From: Laetmonice hystrix
Taxonomy: Eukaryota
Direction: 5' to 3'
DNA: 60,000 bases
Assembly (NCBI GenBank): GCA_965235115.1
Contig: OZ249436.1
Coordinates: forward strand, 2,978,001 to 3,038,000
Shown: positions 11,646 to 25,411 of the stretch, one piece after another
Numbering within the stretch: position 1 is the stretch's first letter
Layout: each line of letters opens with the position of its first letter
The notes under the pieces: generated by a model
The model's input: only the letters and a program-made list of their open reading frames with translations
Database searches by the model: none
What the model was told of the DNA's origin: nothing
Made by a program: the position numbers and the translations under genes

Positions 11646-12173
11646 AGGGGCATATTATGAGGAAACGTGAAAAATCGGTATTTCAAAGAACTTTTGCTGT
11701 TTTCATAAAGAGATCCTTCATTAGAATTGCTTGGTAAACAAAGACAGACTTATCAGTTTCATTTTGCATGAGAAATCGAAGTTTATAAAGCTCCCTTGCC
11801 CGCTTCTCCGTCGATTTCGTAAAATATTTTCAGGCTGGCATTCTGATGCCGGGCGATCGAGTGCCACTGCTGAATTGTTTACAACTAAGCAAAGCACGTG
11901 ACTAAGCACATGCAGAGAGTGCACACACAGGATGTGACACAGTATGCAATTACACGGGTTGATGGGAGGTTGTCCGCCAAATTATGGCGGAAGATGTGCT
12001 ATCGGGAGAAATCTATAGGTTTGGTCGTATAGAACCTACTTATGCTGCATACGCAGCGAAAACACGTCGGAGGACAAAATGCTGTGGTAGGATTATTTAC
12101 TTGGATACCTAGTACACGGTCATGTTGGATAATTGCCGGAAATCCTCCAAAACGTGTTCCATAGCATGCCCCT
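11646..12173 (-). mobile_element. Kolobok-like MITE, copy 2 (opposite orientation)
   Basis: TTAA TSDs at 11642-11645 and 12174-12177. Reverse-complement homologue of 3153-3682 over its full length, with scattered substitutions (compare ORFs 3404..3607 and 11721..11924). Confidence 0.85.
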
Positions 12174-13889
12174 TTAACACTTGAGCGGTCCAAAACCGGT
12201 GTGAAACTCACCCCTGGCCTTGACTGCTGAGGTTCCGAATTCTGACACCTGGTGGCGCCCGTGGTCTGCCGGCGGTCTCAGTTTGTGACCGGCAATCACA
12301 CCTCGAGGATTGGGATAATCTGGTTTTAGTGACCGTTATATATACCATCGAGATCTCTCCCCTGTAATCCGTTGTAAACGTTTTAATACCCGAGATCTTT
12401 GTAAGATGTTCACAGATCAGGCATTCAATTTGAGTTTGACTTGAACCCCCTCGTCCTGGAGGGAAGATACCAGGAAAGAAAGTTAGCTAAGTAATTTGTA
12501 AACCCGGAAGTAGGAGGTTTGGGTTAGCCAGGGCTGTGTGGCACTCAGCCAAAAGATGTCGCTGAAACCATGGAAACCGTCTCTGACCCCGAGGAGTGTA
12601 TCCTGGCGACGTGTACTCGGATCAGTCACCAAACTCGCGATGAAGACATCTGTCCAAATATCTTTCCAAATCCGTCTTTGCTTTTACTAAGTCATGAACC
12701 AAAATGTTCCAAGTTTCAGAGTGGTTCTGCCGAGCCGATTTAACCGTTAACTTTCAGTTCAGCGTGCCACCAAATTACAACTGCCCCACTTACGAGTACG
12801 AGTCTTATCATAGCCTCTGAAGTGACCAGGTTGTGGCCCCGTTTTTTTCCCATACGAACGCCTAATACCTTTACTTAACAGTACAGTAAGTAAATAGAGC
12901 GTAATTACTAACGCTCGCAGCTGTCGTCTGCGTGACGGACGCAGGGGGAGCGTGAGTCGAGGACTTCATGTCACGAACTCTACAATAGATTCCTGGTGGA
13001 ACTAAGTATACTGCTGGCCAGGTGACTTCACAGCTGCCCCAGTCAGCATTCACAGCGGATTTTGTCTTAGGTTGAAGTGGCCTTCTATCATTCAGATGGT
13101 ATTACTTTTCAAGTGAAGGAGAGGAATGTTGAACGCAGGAAACGGAAAGCCCTAATGTTTAATTAACAGAGAAATGAGAAAGTTGACAGACAATTTGATA
13201 GAAATCTAGCCGAACATGTCAGTCATTATTCAGCGCAATATTAAGAGGCCTACATGCAGTACAGGTAGTACACGCTCATTTACAGTGCTTTGACTTTCAT
13301 GGGTCATTGGGAGATCACCAAATCAAATGCGTCACCTAGGCCTGGTTCTCAAATCAATCTGTCGCTCAGTTTTTTCCTTGTCGCATTTGCGTTGTTGTTG
13401 TCGCTCCAATATGCGACATAGCGACAAATGGACAGCCCTGACATGCAGTACAGGTAGTCATTCCGGTGTGAATCGATCCATAAATTGTGATTACTAATAA
13501 CCTTTTATTGACCTGTTCCCGGTCCTCAACAGATAAGATGTGTCGGAGAGGTTTTGTGTTCCATATCCACTTGAAATGATGCACTTCATAATGTTTACCT
13601 TTATATAGGTCAAGAGATGCCCACATTGATCTATAAATCATGTAGACTTTTAGTTTCAAATTGACCTCGGCTAGTAGAAAGTAAGTTACGTCAAAATGTC
13701 ATCTCCTACAAAGAGTTGTTTTAGTAATTTACGCATGGTCTCAGGCACGCTGTCATGACGAGTGAACACTATCGTTAGTGACTGGAAATATACAATTGAC
13801 GTGAAACGTGATGTAATGTAAAACTAGAACAAATTCAATTTCTGTGGTTGTAAACGCCTAACATAATACGAAAACTGTCATTTGAGCTT

Positions 13890-14376
13890 GGTGTGTGAGA
13901 CCGGCTCTGTGTCCAGTCCACCTCCCGGTGTGTGAGACCAGCTCTGTGTCCAGTCCACCTCCCGGTGTGTGAGACCGGGTCTGTGTCCAGTCCACCTCCC
14001 GGTGTGTGAGACCGGGTCTGTCCAGTCCACCTCCCGGTGTGTGAGACCGGGTCTGTGTCCAGTCCACCTCCCGGTGTGTGAGACCGGGTCTGTCCAGTCC
14101 ACCTCCCGGTGTGTGAGACCGGGTCTGTGTCCAGTCCACCTCCCGGTGTGTGAGACCGGGTCTGACTCCAGTCCACCTCCCGGTGTGTGAGACCGGGTCT
14201 GACTCCAGTCCACCTCCCGGTGTGTGAGACCGGGTCTGACTCCAGTCCACCTCCCGGTGTGTGAGACCGGGTCTGTGTCCAGTCCACCTCCCGGTGTGTG
14301 AGACCGGGTCTGTGTCCAGTCCACCTCCCGGTGTGTGAGACCGGGTCTGTGTCCAGTCCACCTCCCGGTGTGTGAG
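13890..14376. repeat. Minisatellite, 37-bp unit, ~13 copies
   Basis: Unit GTGTGTGAGACCGGGTCTGTGTCCAGTCCACCTCCCG. Confidence 0.95.
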
Positions 14377-14869
14377 TTTTGCTGTTCAGGAGGCTGGTAG
14401 ACTGTTATAGATTGTCTGGGAATGGCCCCTCCGAGTTCCAGGATAAGAATACATGATTGTAGTTGGGGAGTAGGCCTCTCAATCAAGAAAACAAGAGCAA
14501 TGGGCCAACAAGCCTCGGTCAACTTCTAGACTCTTTCACGTTGACCGAATTTTAACAAACTGAGAAGAAAAATCAATATATAAATGGCCTACTTTTATAA
14601 TTATTCCTAAATATTTTTTAGTAGAAATACGTTGGTCATAATAATGTGATGGTTGTAGGCCTACTACAGATACAGATCGTAGCGATCAGACAACTAGAGC
14701 AAGCCTAGAGATGGTCATTTAGGGGTTTGAACCAGCTTTTACTGGGCAGTGATAAAGACCAGCTGTGCTCTGGGTCCACTGAAATTCTCTGTGGTCATCT
14801 CAACCCTGGTCGAGTGGCAGGACCCCCCAGCTTACCACCCATTACGCTGGCCACTGGATGGCCAGGAGA

Positions 14870-15329
14870 AGATAGCCCACCATGAACAGTTTGACCAGGC
14901 CGGACCACCAGGCTCTTCCTGGTCCGGTCTTAGGCAGATAGCCCACCATGAACAGTTTAACCAGGCCGGACCACCAGGCCCTTCCTGGTCCGGTCTGAGA
15001 CAGATAGCCCGCCATGAACAGTTTAACCAGGCCGGACCACCAGGCCCTTCCTGGTCCGGTCTGAGACAGATAGCCCGCCATGAACAGTTTAACCAGGCCG
15101 GACCACCAGGCCCTTCCTGGTCCGGTGTGAGGCAGATAGCCCACCATGAACAGTTTAACCAGGCCGGACCACCAGGCCCTTCCTGGTCCGGTGTGAGGCA
15201 GATAGCCCACCATGAACAGTTTAACCAGGCTCGGACCACCAGGCCCTTCCTGGTCCGGTGTGAGGCAGATAGCCCACCATGAACAGTTTAACCAGGCTCG
15301 GACCACCAGGCTCTTCCTGGTCCGGTCTG
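14870..15329. repeat. Minisatellite, 66-bp unit, ~7 copies
   Basis: Unit CAGATAGCCCACCATGAACAGTTTAACCAGGCCGGACCACCAGGCCCTTCCTGGTCCGGT... Confidence 0.95.
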
Positions 15330-17031
15330 AAGGTCTGAGTGGCTCCGTCTACTGGTGGGTGTGGCAACAAGTGGGATAAGGATTAGATCTGGGCATAGGT
15401 TAATCAGATTTGACAGACGGTCAGTGTCCCTGACCTTGACCCTGCAGGTTACGTCACCGGGAAAATACGATTGTCATCACTGGAATTCCTTACAGTGCAC
15501 TTCAACATGTTTGAGTCAACGGAATTAGTTTTTGCTCTTACTGGAAGTTAATTAGGCCTAATTAGACTATCCTGGTTGACACAGTGTCTGATAGACCTAT
15601 TGTTGAGTTTCTGTCTTAAAGCGGAGGCCTACTTGACGAAATGTAGACCTACTCCAAAGTAAAGAACAGTGAATTGGCTGCCACCAAATGTATCTCAAAG
15701 CGGTTGAAGCCTTATGCTCCATCGTAGTAGGCCTATTTAAAAAGTATAGATGACTCTGTCGTACTATTTGGAGTGCCTCTAGTGGTGTGTGGTATTTCCA
15801 CTTCACTGAAAGCTACCACATGGTACTGGGTAGCATCTCGTGTGAAGGTTTAGGAGACAGTGGTCATTTACTAATTGAGCGGTCAGAATGTGACAAGGCC
15901 ATCCGCTACCCTACCCAGATGGTCAAAGCAACCACGGCCACAGATCACTGAATATAGGGATTAAACAATGACATATTGTGACGTCACGTCCCAGGGGTCA
16001 TGGGGGTCACCTGTTGGAGAGCCGACGTGACGAGCCACACACGTCCCGCACTGTTTGTGTTGGCTGTTTCTGATTGGCCACAGACGAGTCTGAAGTCTGG
16101 GCGGCCCAACGTGTGATAAATAGTGGCTGGCTCATCAGTCGGCATGACCGGTGGAGAGAGAGGGGGGAGGAATGCGGCTATCAGGGTTACAGAGGTGTTA
16201 CACGTCGCTGGTGTGGAGATCTCATTCTTGCTGACAGCAAAAATGCCAGAATGTCTTGAGAGTTTTGGTTTAGGCCCTATAAAGGACGCCATACTTTTCA
16301 AATAGACCCTAGAATAAAATAGTTTTCAACACAACTCCAACTGTAGCAGTGGCATAGTCTGGTTTATAGAGCAGGCCTATTTAATAATATATTATTCTAT
16401 TTTTTAAATCTAGGAACGTTGTTGATTAAGAGGCAGATTTTGCCATTCGAAGTATGAATTGTTTACATAGTGACAAGCTTACATCATGTTATCATCAACA
16501 GCCAGACAACAGCTGCAGATTCTAATATCTGATTGAGGGGTTCTGACAGAGAATAAACAAAATATCAATCAACAGCAGATGGGGAACCATTAAACAATAA
16601 ATGTGCAGATTGCTGCTTACAATCCAGAGATAAGGCTCAATACAGAAGGCAGATTGTTGACACTATTGCGCTGAATTGTGGAGCAAAGCGAGGGGAAATG
16701 GTGGCAAGAATGTCATCAGGTTTGATATATGATGCTTGTATTGCCGGTAGTTTGGCATGCTTTAAGTCTTTATGATATCATGCATTGACCGTTACCATTT
16801 GGAAATTCAAACAGATAAGCTTACTATCTTTTTCTATTTGACTAGATATCTTTCCTGGGCCTAGGGCCTAGGGCCTATATCTGTTTTTTAGACGGTTATA
16901 GATGGATCCTAAGTGACATGTCCCCACATGAGAAACGAATAGGTCTGTCCCTGAACAAAAGAGAAGTTCTGAATGTGGCAGTGTTATCTAGGGAACATTC
17001 CGACATTTCGCTGAGTAGGGTTCTCCACCAA

Positions 17032-17691
17032 ACAATGTGACAGATTGTCATCATGCCCAAACATCATCATACACAATGTGACCGATTGTCATCATGCCCA
17101 AACACCATCATACACAATGTGACCGATTGTCATCATGCCCAAACACCATCATACACAATGTGACCGATTGTCATCATGCCCAAACACCATCATACACAAT
17201 GTGACCGATTGTCATCATGCCCAAACACCATCATACACAATGTGACCGATTGTCATCATGCCCAAACACCATCATACACAATGTGACCGATTGTCATCAT
17301 GCCCAAACACCATCATACACAATGTGACCGATTGTCATCATGCCCAAACACCATCATACACAATGTGACCGATTGTCATCATGCCCAAACACCATCATAC
17401 ACAATGTGACCGATTGTCATCATGCCCAAACACCATCATACACAATGTGACCGATTGTCATGCCCAAACACCATCATACACAATGTGACCGATTGTCATG
17501 CCCAAACACCATCATACACAATGTGACCGATTGTCATCATGCCCAAACATCATCATACACAATGTGACCGATTGTCATCATGCCCAAACATCATCATACA
17601 CAATGAGACCGATTGTCATCATGCCCAAACATCATCATACACAATGAGACCGATTGTCATCATGCCCAAACACCATCATACACAATGTGAC
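17032..17691. repeat. Minisatellite, 41-bp unit, ~16 copies
   Basis: Unit ACAATGTGACCGATTGTCATCATGCCCAAACACCATCATAC. Confidence 0.95.
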
Positions 17692-18128
17692 GACAGCCGT
17701 TGATATCGCTAAGTGACAGTTAATCAGAGCTTACTGTACACCAGTGACGGTTTGCCATCTGTGACTTGTTGAACCAGCTTTCTCTGAGACACGCTTCTGA
17801 TCTCGTCTGTGTTCAGTAATGTTCAACTGGACAGCTCAAATATCGCTGGAGAATCCCAGACCTCTCGACATACTGTATTGGGGTGTTGTTGAGGCGCCAT
17901 CTATCATCCTTTTAAAATCATATTTAACTGCTATAAATATTTTAAAAGGCGTGTACCAAATACACAAAATGCATTCATTTCTTGAACACATATTTTTTTA
18001 TATTGGTTGGTGATATTTCGGTTTTGATCAAATGTTCCGTGACTCTTTGATACAAAATGTACGTCGGAGTCGATGGAGACATCAAAGGACATGAAAGGCC
18101 CACCTGGCAGGTATCGAGTCCCGGTGAT

Positions 18129-19896
18129 ACAGGCTGTGCCTCCTGTCCCGGCCCTGGACACAGGCTAGGTGCCTCCTGTCCCGGCCCTGGACACAGGTTA
18201 GGTGCCTCCTGTCCCGGCCCTGGGCACAGGCTAGGTGCCTCCTGTCCCGGCCCTGGACACAGGCTAGGTGCCTCCTGTCCCGGCCCTGGACACAGGCTAG
18301 AGTTGGCTCCTGTCCCGGCCCTGGGCACAGGCTAGGTGCCTCCTGTCCCGACCCTGGACACAGGCTAGGTGCATCCTGTCCCGGCCCTGGACACAGGCTA
18401 GGTGCCTCCTGTCCCGGCCCTGGACACAGGCTAGGTGCATCCTGTCCCGGCCCTGGACACAGGCTAGGTGCCTCCTGTCCCGGCCCTGGACACAGGCTAG
18501 GTGCCTCCTGTCCCGACCCTGGACACAGGCTAGGCGCCTCCTGTCCCGGCCCTGGACACAGGCTAGGTGCCTCCCGTCCCGGCCCTGGACACAGGCTAGG
18601 TGCCTCCTGTCCCGACCCTGGACACAGGCTAGGTGCATCCTGTCCCGACCCTGGACACAGGCTAGGTGCCTCCTGTCCCGGCCCTGGACACAGGCTAGGT
18701 GCCCCCTGTCCCGGCCCTGGACACAGGCTATGTGCCTCCTGTCCCGGCCCTGGACACAGGCTAGGTGCCTCCTGTCCCGACCCTGGACACAGGCTAGGTG
18801 CATCCTGTCCCGGCCCTGGACACAGGCTAGGTGCCTCCTGTCCCGGCCCTGGACACAGACTAGGTGCATCCTGTCCCGGCCCTGGACACAGGCTAGGTGC
18901 CTCCTGTCCCGGCCCTGGACACAGGCTAGGTGCGTCCTGTCCCGGCCCTGGACACAGGCTAGAGTTGGCTCCTGTCCCGGCCCTGGGCACAGGCTAGGTG
19001 CCTCCCGTCCCGGCCCTGGACACAGGCTAGGTGCCTCCTGTCCCGACCCTGGACACAGGCTAGGTGCATCCTGTCCCGGCCCTGGACACAGGCTAGGTGC
19101 CTCCTGTCCCAGCCCTGGGCACAGGCTAGAGTTGGCTCCTGTCCCGGCCCTGGGCACAGGCTAGGTGCCTCCCGTCCCGGCCCTGGACACAGGCTAGGTG
19201 CCTCCTGTCCCGACCCTGGACACAGGCTAGGTGCCTCCTGTCCCGGCCCTGGACACAGGCTAGGTGCCTCCTGTCCCGGCCCTGGACACAGGCTAGTGTT
19301 GCCTCCTGTCCCGGCCCTGGACACAGGCTAGGTGCCTCCTGTCCCGACCCTGGACACAGGCTAGGTGCATCCTGTCCCGGCCCTGGACACAGGCTAGGTG
19401 CCTCCTGTCCCGGCCCTGGACACAGGCTAGTGTTGCCTCCTGTCCCGGCCCTGGACACAGGCTAGGTGCCTCCTGTCCCGGCCCTGAACACAGGCTAGGC
19501 GCCTCCTGTCCCGGCCCTGGACACAGGCTAGTGTTGCCTCCTGTCCCGGCCCTGGACACAGGCTAGTGTTGCCTCCTGTCCCGGCCCTGGACACAGGCTA
19601 GTGTTGCCTCCTGTCCCGGCCCTGGGCACAGGCTAGAGTTGGCTCCTGTCCCGGCCCTGGGCACAGGCTAGGTGCCTCCCGTCCCGGCCCTGGACACAGG
19701 CTAGGTGCCTCCTGTCCCAGCCCTGGGCACAGGCTAGAGTTGGCTCCTGTCCCGGCCCTGGGCACAGGCTAGGTGCCTCCCGTCCCGGCCCTGGACACAG
19801 GCTAGGTGCCTCCTGTCCCGACCCTGGACACAGGCTAGGTGCCTCCTGTCCCGGCCCTGGACACAGGCTAGTGTTGCCTCCTGTCCCGGCCCTGGG
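18129..19896. repeat. GC-rich minisatellite, 33-bp unit with 35-bp variants, ~53 copies
   Basis: Unit CCTCCTGTCCCGGCCCTGGACACAGGCTAGGTG; variant units carry AGAGTTGG or AGTGTTG. Confidence 0.97.
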
Positions 19897-21753
19897 CCCT
19901 CGGGAGATTTGCTATCAATGTGGGCGGACTCGAGTATGGAATAAAGTAACGTATACCGGGGGGGGGGAGAACAAACTGGGGATTAATCCCGATTTAATCA
20001 AGGAAAGAAGATATTTGTGGAATTTCTAAACATTGAATGTGGCTGGTGATAGGCTCATTTATAGGTTGATTAATGTCATCATTAACACCCACTGATCACC
20101 ATTTACACGTATGTTACCAGCACATAGATCTTGTCATACCTCTCCCGGTATGATGTACGAGTCACAGACATGGCAGTAACTATCCAGGCCTGGTGGTGGA
20201 GATCTCAGTAAATCAACGCGATCAGTGTCGGCTGTTATAGGTGGTAGACTACCGTATGATTTATTATCACCTGGCGGGCGAATTTATGGCTTAATCACCA
20301 AAATCATGACTGGATCTCATCAGAGTACACCTGGTTCGTAACAGCAGGTTGACCTTCTGGTCTTGTATCGTAAGAGATACTTATAGATCTATGATCTGGT
20401 ATCGGAATACTCCCTACGGGTGAGTGAGGATGGGATGTTTAGTTTTCCGATAGTCGCCTATCTTCATACACATACTGAGTGTGAACAGTACAAACGATCA
20501 TAGGTAGGGCCTACAACTAGTCACTTAATATACAGATTACAGGCATGTTGACAATGGTACGGCCAGGCGCTTGGGTCACAGGTAGGTATGCACGGCAGAG
20601 GTAGAATGGGAAGAGGGAGGTGACTTTCAACGACGGACCTCCCCCCCAAAAGGACCCATTGTCACAGCTGGGTTTGATTGACAGCTGTCGGTATCGTACG
20701 GTCAGTGTTTGGTTGACAGCTGACGGTATCGTACGGTCAGTGTTTGGTCAACATGACCACGTTTGAATGAGCTACCGGTAATTACTTGTCATCAGTTTGA
20801 ATCGGAACATGCAGCAGAGGTCAATGAGTCCACAGGAAATCACATTGCATTGTAAACTTAGTTAAAGATATAAAAGTCTATTTAAAAGGGTGGTTGAAAT
20901 AATTTAAATCGCTAATAAAAGACAGATCCAGGCTACGAATTTAAGATATTGGGGGGGGGGGCCTTCCACAATGTCTTGACATTTAAGACGAGTTCCTTCA
21001 CTTCTAAAAGTTAAAAGTATCTTAGCAGTGTTATATAAATATGTATCATCGCCTCTTGGAAAGAGAACCTGATGACAATAGTTGACCCTGGTCACTGAGG
21101 TTATAAAGTGAATAGATTTGTATCCTGATGTTGTGGTATGCCAGAGACAGGTCTCATATTAAACGGGAGACTGACACCATTCTGATGAACACGCATCCTG
21201 GTGTCCAGTGGCACGAATCACCCCAGGCTGACCAGGTGCTTCCTGAAACCATCAAATTTTACAAAGCGTTCATAAAATCGGACAGTCAAACAGTCGGCGC
21301 TGGGGATTCGAGGAGAGCGGGAGAGTTGAGCGTACGTACATACGTAACGGGACTAACAGACGGTCGTTGTCAAGTTGTGCTGACTCGGGCTGAGTTTGCT
21401 TGGTGACAGAGAAGTGGTGGCATCAAAATGTCCGTACATATGTCACCCTGCTTTACCTGCTCTGGGACCAGGTCCCAGACACAGAAACGTCACAGCAGCC
21501 AGCCTCTATCTAAACCTGAGCCTGACGTCAAGTCTGAACGGTCGTCTCACATATCGTCTCAGCATCCAACTGAACTGAAGTCTCAGTCTCAGGCAAAGTC
21601 TCGGTCTCGCCGAGAAGGCCCGAGAAAATCGCCAGCGCGGAAAGTGAAAGGTACGTTACCTGACCAAAGAACATCTTTGACCTGACTCTGTCTCCACTGA
21701 CCCCCCCCCCCTCGCCCTGGTGGTCAGTCTGTGGTAATTATGAGTAATAACGA

Positions 21754-21836
21754 ATTCTGTGGTTTGTCATTCTGTGGTTTGTCATTCTGTGGTTTGTCAT
21801 TTTGTGGTTTGTCATTCTGTGGTTTGTCATTCTGTC
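21754..21836. repeat. 15-bp tandem repeat, ~5 copies
   Basis: Unit ATTCTGTGGTTTGTC. Confidence 0.9.
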
Positions 21837-22056
21837 GTAATTATGGGTAATAACGAATCGGTTTGTGGTGACGTAGGACAACATTTCAGACGCCCAAAGG
21901 ACGTGACAGAACTCTGTGGTTTGTCGAGCCACAGCATGTTCACACTATAACTGAATGCTAACACGTAAACAAAAAATTCTCTGTGCCCACCATACTAGCC
22001 AATCCCATACAGTGATAACAAAGACCGATATAATGATGATCAGTTATAGATCTTTT

Positions 22057-22473
22057 GTGATACTCATAGAAGTACAACTCTAGACTTGATTGGTCTGGGG
22101 CAGTGTTGGTGATACTCATAGAAGTACAACTCTAGACTTGATTGGTCTGGGGCAGTGTTGGTGATACTCATAGAAATACAACTCTAGAATTGATTGGTCT
22201 GGGGCAGTGTTGGTGATACTCATAGAAGTACATCTCTAGACTTGATTGGTCTGGGGCAGTGTTGGTGATACTCATAGAAGTACAACTCTAGACTTGATTG
22301 GTCTGGGGCAGTGTTGGTGATACTCATAGAAGTACAACTCTAGACTTGATTGGTCTGGGGCAGTGTTGGTGATACTCATAGAAGTACAACTCTAGACTTG
22401 ATTGGTCTGGGGCAGTGTTGGTGATACTCATAGAAGTACAACTCTAGACTTGATTGGTCTGGGGCAGTGTTGG
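22057..22473. repeat. Minisatellite, 52-bp unit, 8 copies
   Basis: Unit GTGATACTCATAGAAGTACAACTCTAGACTTGATTGGTCTGGGGCAGTGTTG. Confidence 0.95.
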
Positions 22474-24485
22474 TCAGCACAGAGTATAGGAAACATGTTT
22501 GGGCCAGGTTTGGCTGTAACCGATGGCAGATACCTTCCCAGAGAGACTTACGGTCAGACAGGTGCTATCACAAATGTTCTCCACTTGATATCTTTATGGT
22601 TTCTCTCTGCCAACTGAGTCCAGGTGATAATTCTGGGTCTCAGAGAATCCATGGAACTGAAAGGAGGGCACAGCAGGATGGAACACCTGTGGCTAGCCCT
22701 CATGGGGGTGTGAACCCCCCTAGTAATTTGTATAAAGTAGATGAAACCGTGGATAAAAGCCCTGACCCTTTCATTTGCCCTCCATGATGGTTACCAGAGG
22801 GTATGTGTCGTCATGGGGTGCCATGCAGAGGGTACTAATGAGTGGGGTGTAGGTGAAGGGGTTTGAGGGTGTTTGGGGTCACATGGCACAGCGGTTACGT
22901 ACACTGACCCTCAACGTGTCATTCTGTACCCCGTTTGGGAGAGAGTAATGACAAAATCCAAGTGCAGTTATTGATCAAGTTTACAAAACTTATGGAATCC
23001 CATATCTGATGTCTGAACCTGATGGGGACTGTTTTAATGCACCTGATCTATATTACCAACCGGTAAGTGAGAGATAACGCCTCAGGTGGAATGAACACAC
23101 AAAGGGGAACCTTTTCTTGGAGCCTTTCATCTGATGTTTGTATGTAAGAGAAATTACCGCCCAACAGGTACAGATAACCAGACGTAATGTACGACTTTTA
23201 AAAGAGGGGGTTGGGGAAAAAAGTTTGGGCAAGGGTACAATCAACCATTGAGAAATTGCTAGGTACACCTTGGGTTACATGATCGGGATTGGCGGCACTT
23301 TGTGAAGTCTAGGATAGGTTACTAGAAGCCCCTCCCCCTACCCGACGACCACCATGATAAAGTCATTTGGTATCAGCGTAAAGTGATCTCATTACAGGAC
23401 CTGTTCGATCTGCTGGCGGCCAAAGCAAATATCCGCCATTGATGTGGGATTATTTTATTGCTTTATGACCGGTAATACTAGCAGGTATCAATCAGCCAGT
23501 CGCCAGTCACCCTGGCCATCGGGAAATTACAGCGGGTAATGACAGGACGGGAGTCGACCCCGACCCAAACCCCTCTGGCCTCTAGTACCCCCCCCCCTTC
23601 CCACCCCCACCCCCACTCACCACTCCCCACTCCATGCCTGGCTCACGGCAGTTCCCCGACTGTAACACACACAAAAACAGGAAACGAAAACAACTGATGT
23701 AATCTCAGTTCACGTTTCAATGAGTTCCTGGGAAGATTTCAGCAGTATTTATGTAACACTTCTCAGATCGGTTCGCCAATCAATGAGTAGCCGCCAAGGC
23801 GGTTGGCACCAGAAACCTGTGTATTTGTAACACCATGGGCGCCGCTCGGGTTAGGTTCATCCTATTGTTTGATTTATTGGTATGTTGTATAATCTCAGAG
23901 GAGGATATGGTACGGCGTAATAGAGAACTCAAATTCTGTCAATTACTTTATGACCACCCGTAGATTTAATCAGGTCAGGCCGAGATGTAAACTGTGGGAA
24001 CTGTACACACCAATACACAATGTAGTTCTCTGCGTGAAACGAGGAGTAAAACTTTGTGATAATCTCTGAATAATCAAACATCTAAGTCGTACTGGAGTGG
24101 AATAAGAAAGCAGAACAGGAAACTAAAAACAAAAGAATTGGCTGAGAGAAAGTAAAGTAGGTCTCAGTATTTTTTGCCGTGCATTTTCCTGACGTTGAAC
24201 AGAAGAACAGGATGGTATAATTACTGGATAAAGTATTCAGCATTCACCCTCCCCCACACACCCACACCCACACCCACATACCCCAGTGTAACTAAACATG
24301 GCAGGAGGATTGCCATAATTTATCCAATTCAGCAGCTAATTTAGGCATGCGGCAAATCTCGTAATTGCTTTCCATTATTGAATCCATTACATTGTATATA
24401 ACACAATAGGCTAATTATGACCGGGTTTCATGGAGTGTACAAGGGAATGGCTACTACAGTAATTGCTTTATTCTTACTACAGAGA

Positions 24486-25411
24486 CTAGCTAATAATACA
24501 CACAGCTCAGTGAATTGTTATTGAAGTGTTTCTAGGCGCGGCACTAGCTAATAATACACACAGCTCAGTGAATTGTTATGGAAGTGTTTCTAGGCGCGGC
24601 ACTAGCTAATAATACACACAGCTCAGTGAATTGTTATTGAAGTGTTTCTAGGCGCGGCACTAGCTAATAATACACACAGCTCAGTGAATTGTTATTGAAG
24701 TGTTTCTAGGTGCGGCACTAGCTAATAATACACACAGCTCAGTGAATTGTTATTGAAGTGTTTCTAGGTGCGGCACTAGCTAATAATACACACAGCTCAG
24801 TGAATTGTTATTGAAGTGTTTCTAGGTGCGGCACTAGCTAATAATACACACAGCTCAGTGAATTGTTATTGAAGTGTTTCTAGGCGTGAACTAGCTAATA
24901 ATACACACAGCTCAGTGAATTGTTATTGAAGTGTTTCTAGGCGCGGCACTGGCTAATAATACACACAGCTGAGTGAATTGTTATTGAAGTGTTTCTAGGC
25001 GCGGCACTAGCTAATAATATACACAGCTCAGTGAATTGTTATTGAAGTGTTTCTAGGTGCGGCACTAGCTAATAATACACACAGCTCAGTGAATTGTTAT
25101 TGAAGTGTTTCTAGGCGCGGCACTGGCTAATAATACACACAGCTGAGTGAATTGTTATTGAAGTGTTTCTAGGCGCGGCACTAGCTAATAATACACACAG
25201 CTCAGTGAATTGTTATTGAAGTGTTTCTAGGCGCGGCACTAGCTAATAATACACACAGCTCAGTGAATTGTTATTGAAGTGTTTCTAGGTGCGGCACTAG
25301 CTAATAATACACACAGCTCAGTGAATTGTTATTGAAGTGTTTCTAGGTGCGGCACTGGCTAATAATACACACAGCTCTGTGAATTGTTATTGAAGTGTTT
25401 TTAGGCGCGGC
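24486..25411. repeat. Minisatellite, 58-bp unit, ~16 copies
   Basis: Unit ACTAGCTAATAATACACACAGCTCAGTGAATTGTTATTGAAGTGTTTCTAGGCGCGGC. Confidence 0.95.

Noticed and set aside
13835..14522. Repeat-rich ORFs here and at 7472-8115, 28409-29750, 49607-51143, 53273-53801 and 57188-57933
   Set aside because: All coincide with tandem arrays and are open in multiple frames; treated as artefacts.
14749..15306. Collagen-like GPPGP repeat ORF
   Set aside because: Product of the 66-bp minisatellite; no continuous Gly-X-Y pattern.
17032..17691. CRISPR-like appearance of the regular arrays
   Set aside because: Units are head-to-tail with no unique spacers, there are no cas genes, and the context is a eukaryotic intron.
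18082..19559. Long ORFs (up to 302 aa) with SLCPGPGQEAP or LACVQGRDRRH repeats
   Set aside because: Translations of a 33-bp minisatellite that is open in several frames on both strands; no splice or domain support.
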